64,000 bases of DNA from Candidatus Buchananbacteria bacterium (GTDB taxonomy: Bacteria > Patescibacteriota > Patescibacteriia > 2-01-FULL-39-33 > JBAYJR01): positions 16,312 through 80,311 of the forward strand of contig JBAYJR010000005.1 of the NCBI GenBank assembly GCA_041665005.1, read 5' to 3'. The translations under genes were made by a program, and so were the position numbers. The notes below the pieces were generated by a model. It searched no databases. It was not told the DNA's origin and worked only from the letters and a program-made list of their open reading frames with translations. Positions 39,228 through 48,275 of the stretch are shown here, piece after piece. Position 1 is the first letter of the stretch, and the number at the start of each line of letters is the position of its first letter.

Positions 39228-40277
39228 TTAAAGAATATTCACTGCAAAACGGCCGGAACAGCCAGAATCGGGATAGTCCAGATTGATCCGATTCAAACTG
39301 ACCAGCGCACGACCTAGGTAGAAACTAGCACGCGGCACGTAGCCAGATTTAAAATAACTATTAAGTAAATAACAAGTTTTACCCAAGTCTTCCCAGTTAT
39401 CAATCACTTGATCGGTTTGGGCTAAATGGGTTAGGGCATAAACTAGCCATGATTCTAGGGTTAAGCCTTGTTCACCTTTATACTGAAGGTCGGTTTGAAG
39501 TTGTTTAAGATAATCATTGGGTGATTGGTTAGCTTCTGGTTGCTGACGATGAGCGATGATTTTACCTTGTCCTATATCTGGAAGGCTAGGCAAGTCTTCA
39601 AGTAGTAGAACCTGCCAGGCTTGAGTGGGTAAAAGTTCTTGCTTGGTTTTACCTTGATGATTAGTTTTGGAGTATTCTTGGGGGAAATATACTAAATCCC
39701 CTTTTTCATCGGCCTTTGCGTATCCAGTCCCATCCCAAATAGACACTTCCCTAAGCTCCAAAGGTCGATTTTGAATGTCTAATAACTTACCTTGTTGATG
39801 GTGCTTGAATAGAGTATTGCCATAAGCCTTAATTAGGGAATCTAGCGGTAAGCCAAAGGGAACAATAATTAGTTTTATAAAGCCTTGTGGGATTTTAGTT
39901 TCTAAGAACTTGCGTTTTTCTAGCATCATTTCTTCAATCTGTTCTAAGGTGGGTATGGGATATTCTTGCTTATCGATTGCTTCGATGCCTAATTCGCCAG
40001 TGGCGAGGGTTTTTAGGAGGCCTGAGTTTAGAAGAAGGTTCTTCTGAAATTCATATTGGGCTTTAAGACTTTCTTGGCCTATTTCAAGAGTTTCTAGCCA
40101 TATTTTGTTTTGGAGGTCTTGGAGGGGTTGTTCTAATTTAGTTTTTGCTTCTCTGACCAAAGCCAAGTCCTCTGTCTTACCTGTTTGAGGTAGGCTAAAT
40201 AATTCTAAATCAAACTGTTGTTTGAGTTGTTTGAGAAAGTCTAGCTTAGTGGTAAGTTCGGGGCAAAGTTGAGGCAT
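39228..40277 (-). CDS. Paralog array gene A: shared N-terminal module + CLec-like/DGR-target-like domain
   Basis: MPQLCPEL..KL module; GEQGLTLESWL; ends SGYVP...GRFAV. Confidence 0.75.
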   Translation of the reverse strand: MPQLCPELTTKLDFLKQLKQQFDLELFSLPQTGKTEDLALVREAKTKLEQPLQDLQNKIWLETLEIGQESLKAQYEFQKNLLLNSGLLKTLATGELGIEAIDKQEYPIPTLEQIEEMMLEKRKFLETKIPQGFIKLIIVPFGLPLDSLIKAYGNTLFKHHQQGKLLDIQNRPLELREVSIWDGTGYAKADEKGDLVYFPQEYSKTNHQGKTKQELLPTQAWQVLLLEDLPSLPDIGQGKIIAHRQQPEANQSPNDYLKQLQTDLQYKGEQGLTLESWLVYALTHLAQTDQVIDNWEDLGKTCYLLNSYFKSGYVPRASFYLGRALVSLNRINLDYPDSGCSGRFAVNIL

Positions 40278-40298
40278 ATTTTTATAATAACAAAGAAA

Positions 40299-41042
40299 TT
40301 AAACAACTACCGCGCGGGCGCACAAATTAGTATCGCATCTATCATAACGACACATATCAATGCGTATCACTGGATTTGTCCTACCAATAGATCTTACATA
40401 GGGCGTCGTAATCAGAGGCGGCACCTTGCTTCCATCTTTAAAATATGAACCGGCGCAAAGAGTACCGGCGAGAGTATCTAAATTATAACCAGTTTCTTTA
40501 AAATATTTTAATCCGTGAAGTAGCCGTTCTTCCAAAGTTTCTGTAACCAGTCCTTGATCTTTAATCTCTTTAGCGGACAAACCATCAAATTCCACGTCAA
40601 CTTCTTCATCGCGTACCCAAAAGGCGTAAGGGGCTACCGTGGTGCGATCAGAAATAAAGCTATTAATAGCAGTCAGAGCGGGATTAGGTGCTCGTCCATT
40701 AAGTCTTTGAGTGACAGAAAACAACAGATAAGCAGCTAAACCCTGAGCCATAATTAACAAGCGATCAAAACCTTCCTTTTTTTCGGGAATTACTACCTTG
40801 GAAAAGTCACACTCAAGATCAAAAATTTTTTTATAAAAATCTTGCCAATCAATCTTTTTCATTATTTCCTGAAATTCTCTGAGTTCTAACTCCAATTTAA
40901 TTTTAATATCTCTGGCCAAAGCCAAATCATCAGACTTTTTAGAGTCCGAGCTTTCTTGCTTCGCTAATTCCAAATCAAACTCTTTTTTAAGTGCTTCGAG
41001 AGATTTTAGTTTAGTGGTGAGTTCAATGCAAGATTGAGGCAT
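40299..41042 (-). CDS. Paralog array gene B: shared N-terminal module + shorter CLec-like domain
   Basis: MPQSCIEL..KL module; TLEERLL..LKYFKETG..LD...TLCAGS; ends ARAVV. Confidence 0.75.
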   Translation of the reverse strand: MPQSCIELTTKLKSLEALKKEFDLELAKQESSDSKKSDDLALARDIKIKLELELREFQEIMKKIDWQDFYKKIFDLECDFSKVVIPEKKEGFDRLLIMAQGLAAYLLFSVTQRLNGRAPNPALTAINSFISDRTTVAPYAFWVRDEEVDVEFDGLSAKEIKDQGLVTETLEERLLHGLKYFKETGYNLDTLAGTLCAGSYFKDGSKVPPLITTPYVRSIGRTNPVIRIDMCRYDRCDTNLCARAVVV

Positions 41043-41065
41043 AAAATTATTTAGAAAGATAAAAA

Positions 41066-42091
41066 TTATATAACCTTTACCGCGGTACGAACAGAAAAGT
41101 TAGGGTTATTAGTTGCCGGATGATTCCAATATAACTGGGCTTGATAATACCCAGGAGTATAGAGTTGATTCTGTATTACAAAATAACAATCAAGTAGATG
41201 ATAACCATAATAATTATCAACTATTTGATTTTTTTGTTCTAAATTACTTAAAGCGTAAGTTAGCCAAGATTCTGGAGTTAAGCCTTGTTCACCTTGGTAT
41301 TGCGGATCAGTCTGTAATTGCTTTAAATATTCAATTGGGTTTTTGCCAATTTCAAATTCTTTACGACCAAAAACAACTTGTCCTGTATAAGGAAATTCTG
41401 ATGAATTTTTAAATAATAACGCTTGCCAAGCTTGAGTGGCCAAAAGTTCTGGTTTAGCTTTATCCGGATTATTACCTTCAAAAAAATTTTGGGGGTGATA
41501 AAATAAAAATCCCTCACTATCCCCCTCAAGGTATCTGGTATCATGGTCCGTAAAAAATTCGTCTTTTAGCTCTATTCGTTGTTTGTCAGTGGCCAAAAGC
41601 TCTTTTTTTTCATTAATTTTTACTACTTTTTCACGATAAACCTTGTCTAACAGGGCCGCTGGTAAGCCAAAGGGAACCATAACTAATTCTACAAAACCTT
41701 GTTTAATTTTAGTTTTAAGCAACTCTCGATTTTTTAGCAATCCTTCCTTAACTTGTTCCAAGGTGGGCATTGGATATTCTAAACCATCAATCGCGTGAAT
41801 ACCAAACTCCCCAGTTGACAAAAATTTCAATAAGCCATTTTCTATTAAAATGTCTCTTTGAATATCATATTGGTTTTCAAAATATTCTTCGCTAAATTCT
41901 GGTAGACCAAACCAAGCTTCATTTTGCAAGTCCTTAAGTTCTGATCCTAATTTTTCTTTTATCTTTTCAAGCATAACTAAATCTTCTAGCTTACCGGATG
42001 GTGGCAAATTAGACAGTTCCTGATTAAGCTGGCTTTTAAGAACTTTTATGGCTTCTAGTTTAACAGCAAGTTCGGGGCAGGTTTTTAACAT
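41066..42091 (-). CDS. Paralog array gene C (paralog of A and E)
   Basis: MLKTCPEL..KL; YP.PTLEQ, GF..L..VPFGL, GEQGLTPESWL; ends VRTAVKV. Confidence 0.75.
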   Translation of the reverse strand: MLKTCPELAVKLEAIKVLKSQLNQELSNLPPSGKLEDLVMLEKIKEKLGSELKDLQNEAWFGLPEFSEEYFENQYDIQRDILIENGLLKFLSTGEFGIHAIDGLEYPMPTLEQVKEGLLKNRELLKTKIKQGFVELVMVPFGLPAALLDKVYREKVVKINEKKELLATDKQRIELKDEFFTDHDTRYLEGDSEGFLFYHPQNFFEGNNPDKAKPELLATQAWQALLFKNSSEFPYTGQVVFGRKEFEIGKNPIEYLKQLQTDPQYQGEQGLTPESWLTYALSNLEQKNQIVDNYYGYHLLDCYFVIQNQLYTPGYYQAQLYWNHPATNNPNFSVRTAVKVI

Positions 42092-42119
42092 AAAATATTA
42101 AATTCATTGATCACTTTAT

Positions 42120-43364
42120 TTAATTCACTTTCTCACCATCCCAGATTCTAACAATACCATCTTTGCCAGCAGTAACGATTTTACCGTCAGCTAACATTTG
42201 GAACATACAGTCAGTACTAGTAAATTGTTCAGCTTCTTGATAATCACCTTGCTTGTCTGGTTCTAATATTTTAATCTTGTCATCTCCACTAGCAACAATC
42301 CGATTATCAGGTAAAATTTGTAAACACTCCACCGGTTTTTCGTCAAAGCATTTAATTATTTTGGATTTACTTATTTTAGATTCTTTAAACAGAATTTCCC
42401 CGGTACGATTACCAATAATAACTTGACCATCTGACATGATTTGACTGCTCTTTAAGGAAGCATTTCTACTATCAATATGGCCACTAAAGCTTAAAAAATC
42501 TTGCTTGAAATTACTTCTTTGCTCTTTTAATTCAACATAGTTGCCCTTATCATCCATTTGCCAAATTTTAATCATAGTATCATCGTTGCGCATTTTGTGC
42601 AATGAAACAACCTGGTTATTAGTTAAAATTTTTAGTTCGTCAGGCCATTCATCGTCATAACTACTATGAATATGCTGATTTGGCTGACCATCAGCATCTA
42701 GCAAAAATTTACCTTCGGCGTCTGGCTGCCAAAGTTTAATCTCGGTAGTAGCGCTACCAGCGATAATTCGGCCGTCAGAAAAAACCTGCAAACAAGTAAC
42801 CCAACAAACGGCATGTTTATTATAAAATCCTCTAAAGGTTTGGTTTTGGTAACCACCCTGTTGATCTAAAGTCCAGATGTTGATAATACCATATTGACCA
42901 CCTGAGACAATTTGACCATCAGGTAAAACTTGTAATTTATAATTAGTACCCGATCTTTTTTCAAAAACTTTGTTTTTAAGAACTTTTACCTGATAATCAC
43001 CCTGCTGATCCGGCTGGCAAATTGTAACAGTATTTTCAGTACCACAAACAATCCGACCATCAGGTAAAACTTGCAGAGCATAAATATTTCCATCGTCAAT
43101 TTTAAAGCTTTTTACTTCGTGATAATTTTTTTTCTTTTCTACCGATTCCAGCTCTTTGAAATAAAGATAGGTTTTTTCAACTCGTCGCCAAGCCTCTTGT
43201 GCTAAATTAACTTGTTGCTCTAATTTATTTTTAATATCTCTAGCCAAAATTAAATATTCCGGTTTACCAGTTGATGGCAAATTAGACAGTTCCTGATTAA
43301 ATTGTCTCTGAAGCTCTTTTAGATTACCTAGCTTAATGGAGAGTTCGGGGCAAAGTTGAGACAT
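42120..43364 (-). CDS. Paralog array gene D: shared N-terminal module + WD40 beta-propeller
   Basis: MSQLCPEL..KL; repeated LQVLPDGRIVSG....I.IW. Confidence 0.8.
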   Translation of the reverse strand: MSQLCPELSIKLGNLKELQRQFNQELSNLPSTGKPEYLILARDIKNKLEQQVNLAQEAWRRVEKTYLYFKELESVEKKKNYHEVKSFKIDDGNIYALQVLPDGRIVCGTENTVTICQPDQQGDYQVKVLKNKVFEKRSGTNYKLQVLPDGQIVSGGQYGIINIWTLDQQGGYQNQTFRGFYNKHAVCWVTCLQVFSDGRIIAGSATTEIKLWQPDAEGKFLLDADGQPNQHIHSSYDDEWPDELKILTNNQVVSLHKMRNDDTMIKIWQMDDKGNYVELKEQRSNFKQDFLSFSGHIDSRNASLKSSQIMSDGQVIIGNRTGEILFKESKISKSKIIKCFDEKPVECLQILPDNRIVASGDDKIKILEPDKQGDYQEAEQFTSTDCMFQMLADGKIVTAGKDGIVRIWDGEKVN

Positions 43365-43394
43365 AAAATTATAATAACATTAACAACGTAAAAA

Positions 43395-44480
43395 TTATAT
43401 CACACTAATCGCCGAGCGGGTACCAGGAGGCCAAATAAGATCCTTAACCCCTTTATGTGTCGTAAATCTAATTTCAAAATTGCTTCTATTAAAGAATACA
43501 AGCGGTATTGATTTATCATGAACAAAAAAACTACTCAATAACAAACAAGGCACCTTTGAAGCAGCGCTATAAATTTGAAGTTCGGCATCAATGTCGTCTA
43601 TAAATTGATTAGTAGTTTGTAAATGCGTCAAGGCATAAGCTATCCAAGACTCTGGGGTTAAACCTTGTTCACCTTGATACTGTGGATTAGTCTGAAGTTG
43701 TTCAAGATACCAATCAGGTTCCTTGCCAGTTTTTGCCTCTAATTGTTTTCTACCATTAAGAGTTTGGCTTCGGCCTTCTGCCGGTAAATTTGATAAGTCT
43801 TCCACCAATAGCACCTGCCAAGCTTGGGTGGGTAAAAGCTCTAACTTGGTTTTACCTTGATGGTTGGTTTTAGAAAATTTCTTAGGAAAATAAACCAATT
43901 GATCTTTTCCTTGATAATTTTGATCTCGGTTATTTGGCTGGATTTCGCTAATTGGAAAGTGTTTATTGTTGACATCAAAAAGTTTGTTTTGTCGGTGATG
44001 TTCAACCAAAGCTTCACTATAGGCATAAGTTAAACTATCTAAAGTTAAACCAAAGGGAATCATAATCAATTTGGTAAAACCCTGCTTAATTTTAGTTTCA
44101 AAAAATTCTTTTTGCTCAACAAGTTGTTCGCTAATTTGCTTCAAAGTTGGTATAGGATATTCTTTATTATCAATTGCCTGAATTCCTAATTCGCCAATAG
44201 ACAAAGGGTGTATTAAATGAGCCTTTAATAGGATATCAATTTGATTGTCATATTGAACCTTAAGATTTTCTTCGCTAAATTCTGGGGTATCAAGCCAGAG
44301 TTCGTTTTGGAGGTCTTGGAGGGTTTGGTTTAGGTTAAATTTTATATCCCTAACTAAAACCAAATCCTCTGGTTTATTAGGACTTAGACTTTGCGCTTTG
44401 GTTAATTCTTGACCAAACTGTCCTTGGAGCTCTTTTAAAGCTTCTAACTCAGTGGTAAGTTCTAGACAACTTTTTCTCAT
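43395..44480 (-). CDS. Paralog array gene E (paralog of A and C)
   Basis: MRKSCLEL..EL; SKTNHQGKTK, QAWQVLLVEDL, GEQGLTPESW; ends GTRSAISV. Confidence 0.75.
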   Translation of the reverse strand: MRKSCLELTTELEALKELQGQFGQELTKAQSLSPNKPEDLVLVRDIKFNLNQTLQDLQNELWLDTPEFSEENLKVQYDNQIDILLKAHLIHPLSIGELGIQAIDNKEYPIPTLKQISEQLVEQKEFFETKIKQGFTKLIMIPFGLTLDSLTYAYSEALVEHHRQNKLFDVNNKHFPISEIQPNNRDQNYQGKDQLVYFPKKFSKTNHQGKTKLELLPTQAWQVLLVEDLSNLPAEGRSQTLNGRKQLEAKTGKEPDWYLEQLQTNPQYQGEQGLTPESWIAYALTHLQTTNQFIDDIDAELQIYSAASKVPCLLLSSFFVHDKSIPLVFFNRSNFEIRFTTHKGVKDLIWPPGTRSAISVI

Positions 44481-44573
44481 ATTAACAAAGTCAATATTAA
44501 TACCTTGATAATACCAAAAATCCCCTTTTTAATCAAAAATTGTCTTTAATTGGGCTGTTTATCTCTAAAAGAT

Positions 44574-44602
44574 AAAAAAAGAAGAAGACTGTTGTCTTCT
44601 TC
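44574..44602 (-). terminator. Terminator of 44602-44877 cassette
   Basis: A-run + AGAAGAAGAC-tgtt-GTCTTCTTCT. Confidence 0.7.
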
Positions 44603-44877
44603 TAGGATCTTTGTTTACTTTTAAAAATACTTTTAAACTCCTCCACGGCGATCTTAATAATTACCTTAATGAACCACAGCCAGACCAGAAAAGCCACTAT
44701 ACTTCCTAAAGCTAATAGTCCAATCACTGTGTGCATCTCAGGTTCTTGTACCTCTGGCAAACTAAGGGCTGGAATTGTAAAATGTATAAACATGCAACCA
44801 CATACCCACACACCAAATAGCCAAAACACCAGCGCCGCAACCGTTCCAAGCAGCCATTTTACAAAATTAATTGTCAT
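44602..44877 (-). CDS. Hypothetical 2-TM protein (stand-alone cassette)
   Basis: SD AAGGAGG at 44888-44894, TTGACA at 44956-44961 (minus strand), own terminator. Confidence 0.7.
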   Translation of the reverse strand: MTINFVKWLLGTVAALVFWLFGVWVCGCMFIHFTIPALSLPEVQEPEMHTVIGLLALGSIVAFLVWLWFIKVIIKIAVEEFKSIFKSKQRS

Positions 44878-44966
44878 CTTTTAGCTACCTCCTTTATGTA
44901 CTTTATTAATTACCACAAGCAATACTAAAACAATTTAATCATTAATCCTAAAAATTGTCAATACTA

Positions 44967-44996
44967 AAAGGCCGTAAGCAGAACTTACGACCTTTT
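44967..44996 (-). terminator. Terminator after ppdK
   Basis: AAAAGGCCGTAAG-cagaa-CTTACGACCTTTT. Confidence 0.7.
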
Positions 44997-45024
44997 ATAA
45001 TCTTATCACTTTTATTTCTATTCT

Positions 45025-47694
45025 CTATTTAGAGGTGTAACTAATCTTTAATTTTTCTTCCACGGCTGCTTGAGCGGCGGCTAACCTAGCAATCGGTACG
45101 CGGTAAGGTGAGCAAGAAACATAATTCATACCCACGCGATGACAAAATTTAACGGAATCTGGGTCGCCACCGTGTTCACCACAAATGCCAATCTTTAAAT
45201 CTTTTTTAACCGACCGACCTAAATTAATACCCATTTGCACTAATTTACCAACGCCGGCTTGGTCTAAAGTTTGAAACGGATCGGCTTTTAAGATTTTCTT
45301 TTCTAAATACACCTTAATAAATTTACCAGAATCGTCACGTGAAAAGCCCATTCCCATTTGCGTTAAGTCATTAGTACCAAAGGAGAAAAAGTCGGCTTCG
45401 GCGGCAATTTCATCAGCCGTCACCGCCGCGCGCGGCACTTCAATCATCGTACCAATCTTGTAAGGCAACTTAACGCCATACTTCTTTAAAGTCTGTTCCG
45501 CAATCGTAATCACTAATTCTTTTTGATTTTTTAATTCGCTAACATTGCCAACCAAGGGAATCATAATTTCGGGCACTACTTTTATTTTGTCTTCTTTATA
45601 CAATTCACAGGCCGCGGAAATTATGGCTTCGGTTTGCATTTCGGTAATTTCGGGATAAGTAATACCTAAGCGACAACCGCGGTGCCCCAACATGGGATTA
45701 AATTCGTGCAGTTCATTGGACTTAGCCCAAATCTTTTCGGCTGGCACGCCAATTTTCTTGGATAAAATTTCTGCTTCTTCCTTGGTCTTGGGCACAAATT
45801 CATGCAACGGTGGATCTAAAAATCTAATGGTCACCGGAAAGCCCTTCATTTCTTTAAACAAACCTTTAAAATCGTTTTTTTGGAACGGTAATAACTTGGC
45901 CAAGGCTTTGCGGCGATCTTCCACTTTTTCCGCAATAATCATTTCTTGCATAAACGGTAAACGTTCTTCGGCAAAAAACATATGTTCCGTGCGACATAAG
46001 CCGATTCCTTCAGCCCCAAAGCTTTTGGCAACTTTAGCATCGCGAGGAATGTCGGCATTAGCGCGCACGCCAATCTTTTTTATTTCATTGACCCACTTCA
46101 TAAACACACCAAATTCGCCGGTCATTTGCGGTTCCACCGTGGCTACTTTACCAATAATTACTTCACCGGTAGAACCATTGATGGTTAAATAATCCCCTTC
46201 GCTTAAAGTTTGACCGTTCAAGATTAATTTTTTTGTATGTTCATTAACTTTAATTTCTTCGCAACCCGCTACGCAACATTTACCCATCCCCCGCGCTACC
46301 ACCGCCGCATGCGAAGTCATGCCTCCGCGTGCTGTCAAAATACCTTGGGCGGCATCCATACCATGAATGTCGTCTGGACAAGTTTCGGTGCGTACTAAAA
46401 TAACTTTTTCTGTTTCGCCTAATTCTACCGCCCGGTCCGAAGTAAAGACAATTTTACCCACCGCCGCACCAGGTGAAGCCGGTAAACCTTTGGCCGCCAC
46501 GCTGTATTTGGCTTTAGGGTCAATAATGGGATGTAATAATTGATTTAATTGTTCAGGCTCCACGCGCATAATCGCCTCTTGTTTGGTAATCAATTTTTCC
46601 TTAACCATATCTACCGCTAATTTCACCGCGGCTTGCGCGGTGCGCTTGCCCGTGCGAGTTTGCAACATATACAACACATCTTGTTCAATGGTAAATTCAA
46701 AATCTTGCACATCACGATAATGCTTTTCTAATTTTTTGGTAATGGTATGTAGTTGTTTAAAAGCTTTGGGCATTTCTTTGGCCAAATTAGCAATTGGTCG
46801 TGGAGTACGAATACCGGCCACCACATCTTCACCTTGAGCGTTAGTTAAATATTCACCATAAAACACATTATCACCATTAGCCGGGTTACGGGTAAAACCC
46901 ACCCCCGTGGCGCAATCTTCGCCCATATTACCAAACACCATGGCTTGCACATTAACCGCCGTGCCTAAATTATCTGCAATTTTATTTAAGCGACGATAAG
47001 TAATGGCTCGCGGATTCATCCAACTATTAAACACGGCATTACGGGCCATTTCTAATTGTTTAATTACTTCTTGCGGAAACTCTTTACCAGTCCGTTCTTT
47101 AACTAAAGTTTTATATTCTTTAATAATGCTTTGCAAATCTTCGGCGCGTAATTCGGTGTCTAATTTAATTTTTAAACTTTCTTTTTTGGCGGTTAAAATT
47201 TCTTCAAATTCTTCTTTAGCAATTTCTAACACCACATTACCAAACATTTGAATAAAACGACGATAAGCATCATAACCAAACCGTGGATTGTTGGTTTTAG
47301 CAATTAGACCTTTGACCGTTTCATCATTTAAACCTAAATTTAAAATAGTATCCATCATGCCAGGCATGGAAAATTTTGCGCCCGAACGAACAGATAGTAA
47401 TAACGGATTTTTAATCTCACCAAGCTTTTTACCAGTCGCCTTTTCTACCTTAGTTAAGGCCGCCAACATTTGACCATTTAATTCTTTGGGTAATTTTTGT
47501 TTATTAGCATCATAATAATTACAAACTTCAGTGGTGATAGTAAAACCTGGAGGCACGGGTACACCCGTGTTGGTCATTTCGGCTAAACCGGCACCCTTAC
47601 CGCCTAATAAATCTTTCATTTGTCCATTGCCTTCAGCCCGACCGTGGCCAAAAAAATAAACAAACTTACCTTTTTTGGAAGAACTTTTTTTCAT
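45025..47694 (-). CDS. ppdK: Pyruvate, phosphate dikinase
   Basis: LLGGKGAGLAEM, SVRSGA..SMPGMMDT, GGMTSHAAVVARG, FSFGTNDL, GICGEHGG. Confidence 0.97.
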   Translation of the reverse strand: MKKSSSKKGKFVYFFGHGRAEGNGQMKDLLGGKGAGLAEMTNTGVPVPPGFTITTEVCNYYDANKQKLPKELNGQMLAALTKVEKATGKKLGEIKNPLLLSVRSGAKFSMPGMMDTILNLGLNDETVKGLIAKTNNPRFGYDAYRRFIQMFGNVVLEIAKEEFEEILTAKKESLKIKLDTELRAEDLQSIIKEYKTLVKERTGKEFPQEVIKQLEMARNAVFNSWMNPRAITYRRLNKIADNLGTAVNVQAMVFGNMGEDCATGVGFTRNPANGDNVFYGEYLTNAQGEDVVAGIRTPRPIANLAKEMPKAFKQLHTITKKLEKHYRDVQDFEFTIEQDVLYMLQTRTGKRTAQAAVKLAVDMVKEKLITKQEAIMRVEPEQLNQLLHPIIDPKAKYSVAAKGLPASPGAAVGKIVFTSDRAVELGETEKVILVRTETCPDDIHGMDAAQGILTARGGMTSHAAVVARGMGKCCVAGCEEIKVNEHTKKLILNGQTLSEGDYLTINGSTGEVIIGKVATVEPQMTGEFGVFMKWVNEIKKIGVRANADIPRDAKVAKSFGAEGIGLCRTEHMFFAEERLPFMQEMIIAEKVEDRRKALAKLLPFQKNDFKGLFKEMKGFPVTIRFLDPPLHEFVPKTKEEAEILSKKIGVPAEKIWAKSNELHEFNPMLGHRGCRLGITYPEITEMQTEAIISAACELYKEDKIKVVPEIMIPLVGNVSELKNQKELVITIAEQTLKKYGVKLPYKIGTMIEVPRAAVTADEIAAEADFFSFGTNDLTQMGMGFSRDDSGKFIKVYLEKKILKADPFQTLDQAGVGKLVQMGINLGRSVKKDLKIGICGEHGGDPDSVKFCHRVGMNYVSCSPYRVPIARLAAAQAAVEEKLKISYTSK

Positions 47695-47781
47695 AAGTTA
47701 TTTTATTAATATTTATTTTAATTATTTAGCAAACAAAAAAGCTGAAGTTAATTGCAGCTTTTTTAAAAAATAGCTGACCAG

Positions 47782-48048
47782 TTATAATTTGTCTTGAGAA
47801 TTATTTTTAAGCAAGATACTGGAAATTATTACCACTAAAACGGTTACTAAAATTGCGTAAATTAATTTAGCCACCCAATTAGTACCCAAGGGAAAAATCG
47901 CTTCAATAATACTCTTAATGGCATCATTCCAAGCTAAGCCGGCCACAAAGCCCAAAGCGGCCATAATGTAACCCAAGGTTTGCTTGCGCACCTCTTGCTT
48001 CAACCGTTTGGCTTCGGTAGTTACATTTGTTAATCCCAAATTTTCCAT
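47782..48048 (-). CDS. DUF5654-like small membrane protein
   Basis: AALGFVAGLAWNDAI, YAILVT. Confidence 0.75.
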   Translation of the reverse strand: MENLGLTNVTTEAKRLKQEVRKQTLGYIMAALGFVAGLAWNDAIKSIIEAIFPLGTNWVAKLIYAILVTVLVVIISSILLKNNSQDKL

Positions 48049-48115
48049 ATGACATTATTATAATAGATAATAGTTTAAGGTGCAAGAGGGTGTAATCTTT
48101 CTAAGATAACAAATA

Positions 48116-48144
48116 GAGATTGCCGCGCTACGCTCGTAATGACA
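48116..48144. repeat. REP-like short palindromic element (GAGATTGC...TCGYAATGAC type)
   Basis: gagattgccgcgctacgctcgtaatgaca; related copy at 51913-51953. Confidence 0.55.
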
Positions 48145-48179
48145 GCTAGGGATAACAGTTTGCCGACTGTGCACAGTTC

Positions 48180-48208
48180 TTGACAAAATTCAAAAAGTGT
48201 GCTATGTT
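48180..48208 (+). promoter_or_regulatory. sigma70-type promoter, array A cassette 1
   Basis: TTGACA-17-TATGTT with extended TG; first 26 nt identical to 49117-49142. Confidence 0.75.
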
Positions 48209-48275
48209 TAAATATCTATAATAAACTAAGGTTTATTAAGATAAATTTTTTAATACCCACAAGGAGGGTAAAAAA

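Noticed and set aside
39228-44600. Complete DGR locus within the window
   Set aside because: No reverse transcriptase, Avd or AAC-rich template repeat found; only a target-like 3' end is supported.
45692-46192. 166-aa plus-strand ORF and other short antisense ORFs (e.g. 8730-9176, 6732-7061, 54729-55022)
   Set aside because: Shadows of well-supported genes on the opposite strand, with no expression signals or recognisable motifs.
48147-48158. TAGGGATAACAG matches the start of the I-SceI site
   Set aside because: Only 12 of 18 nt match; most likely chance.
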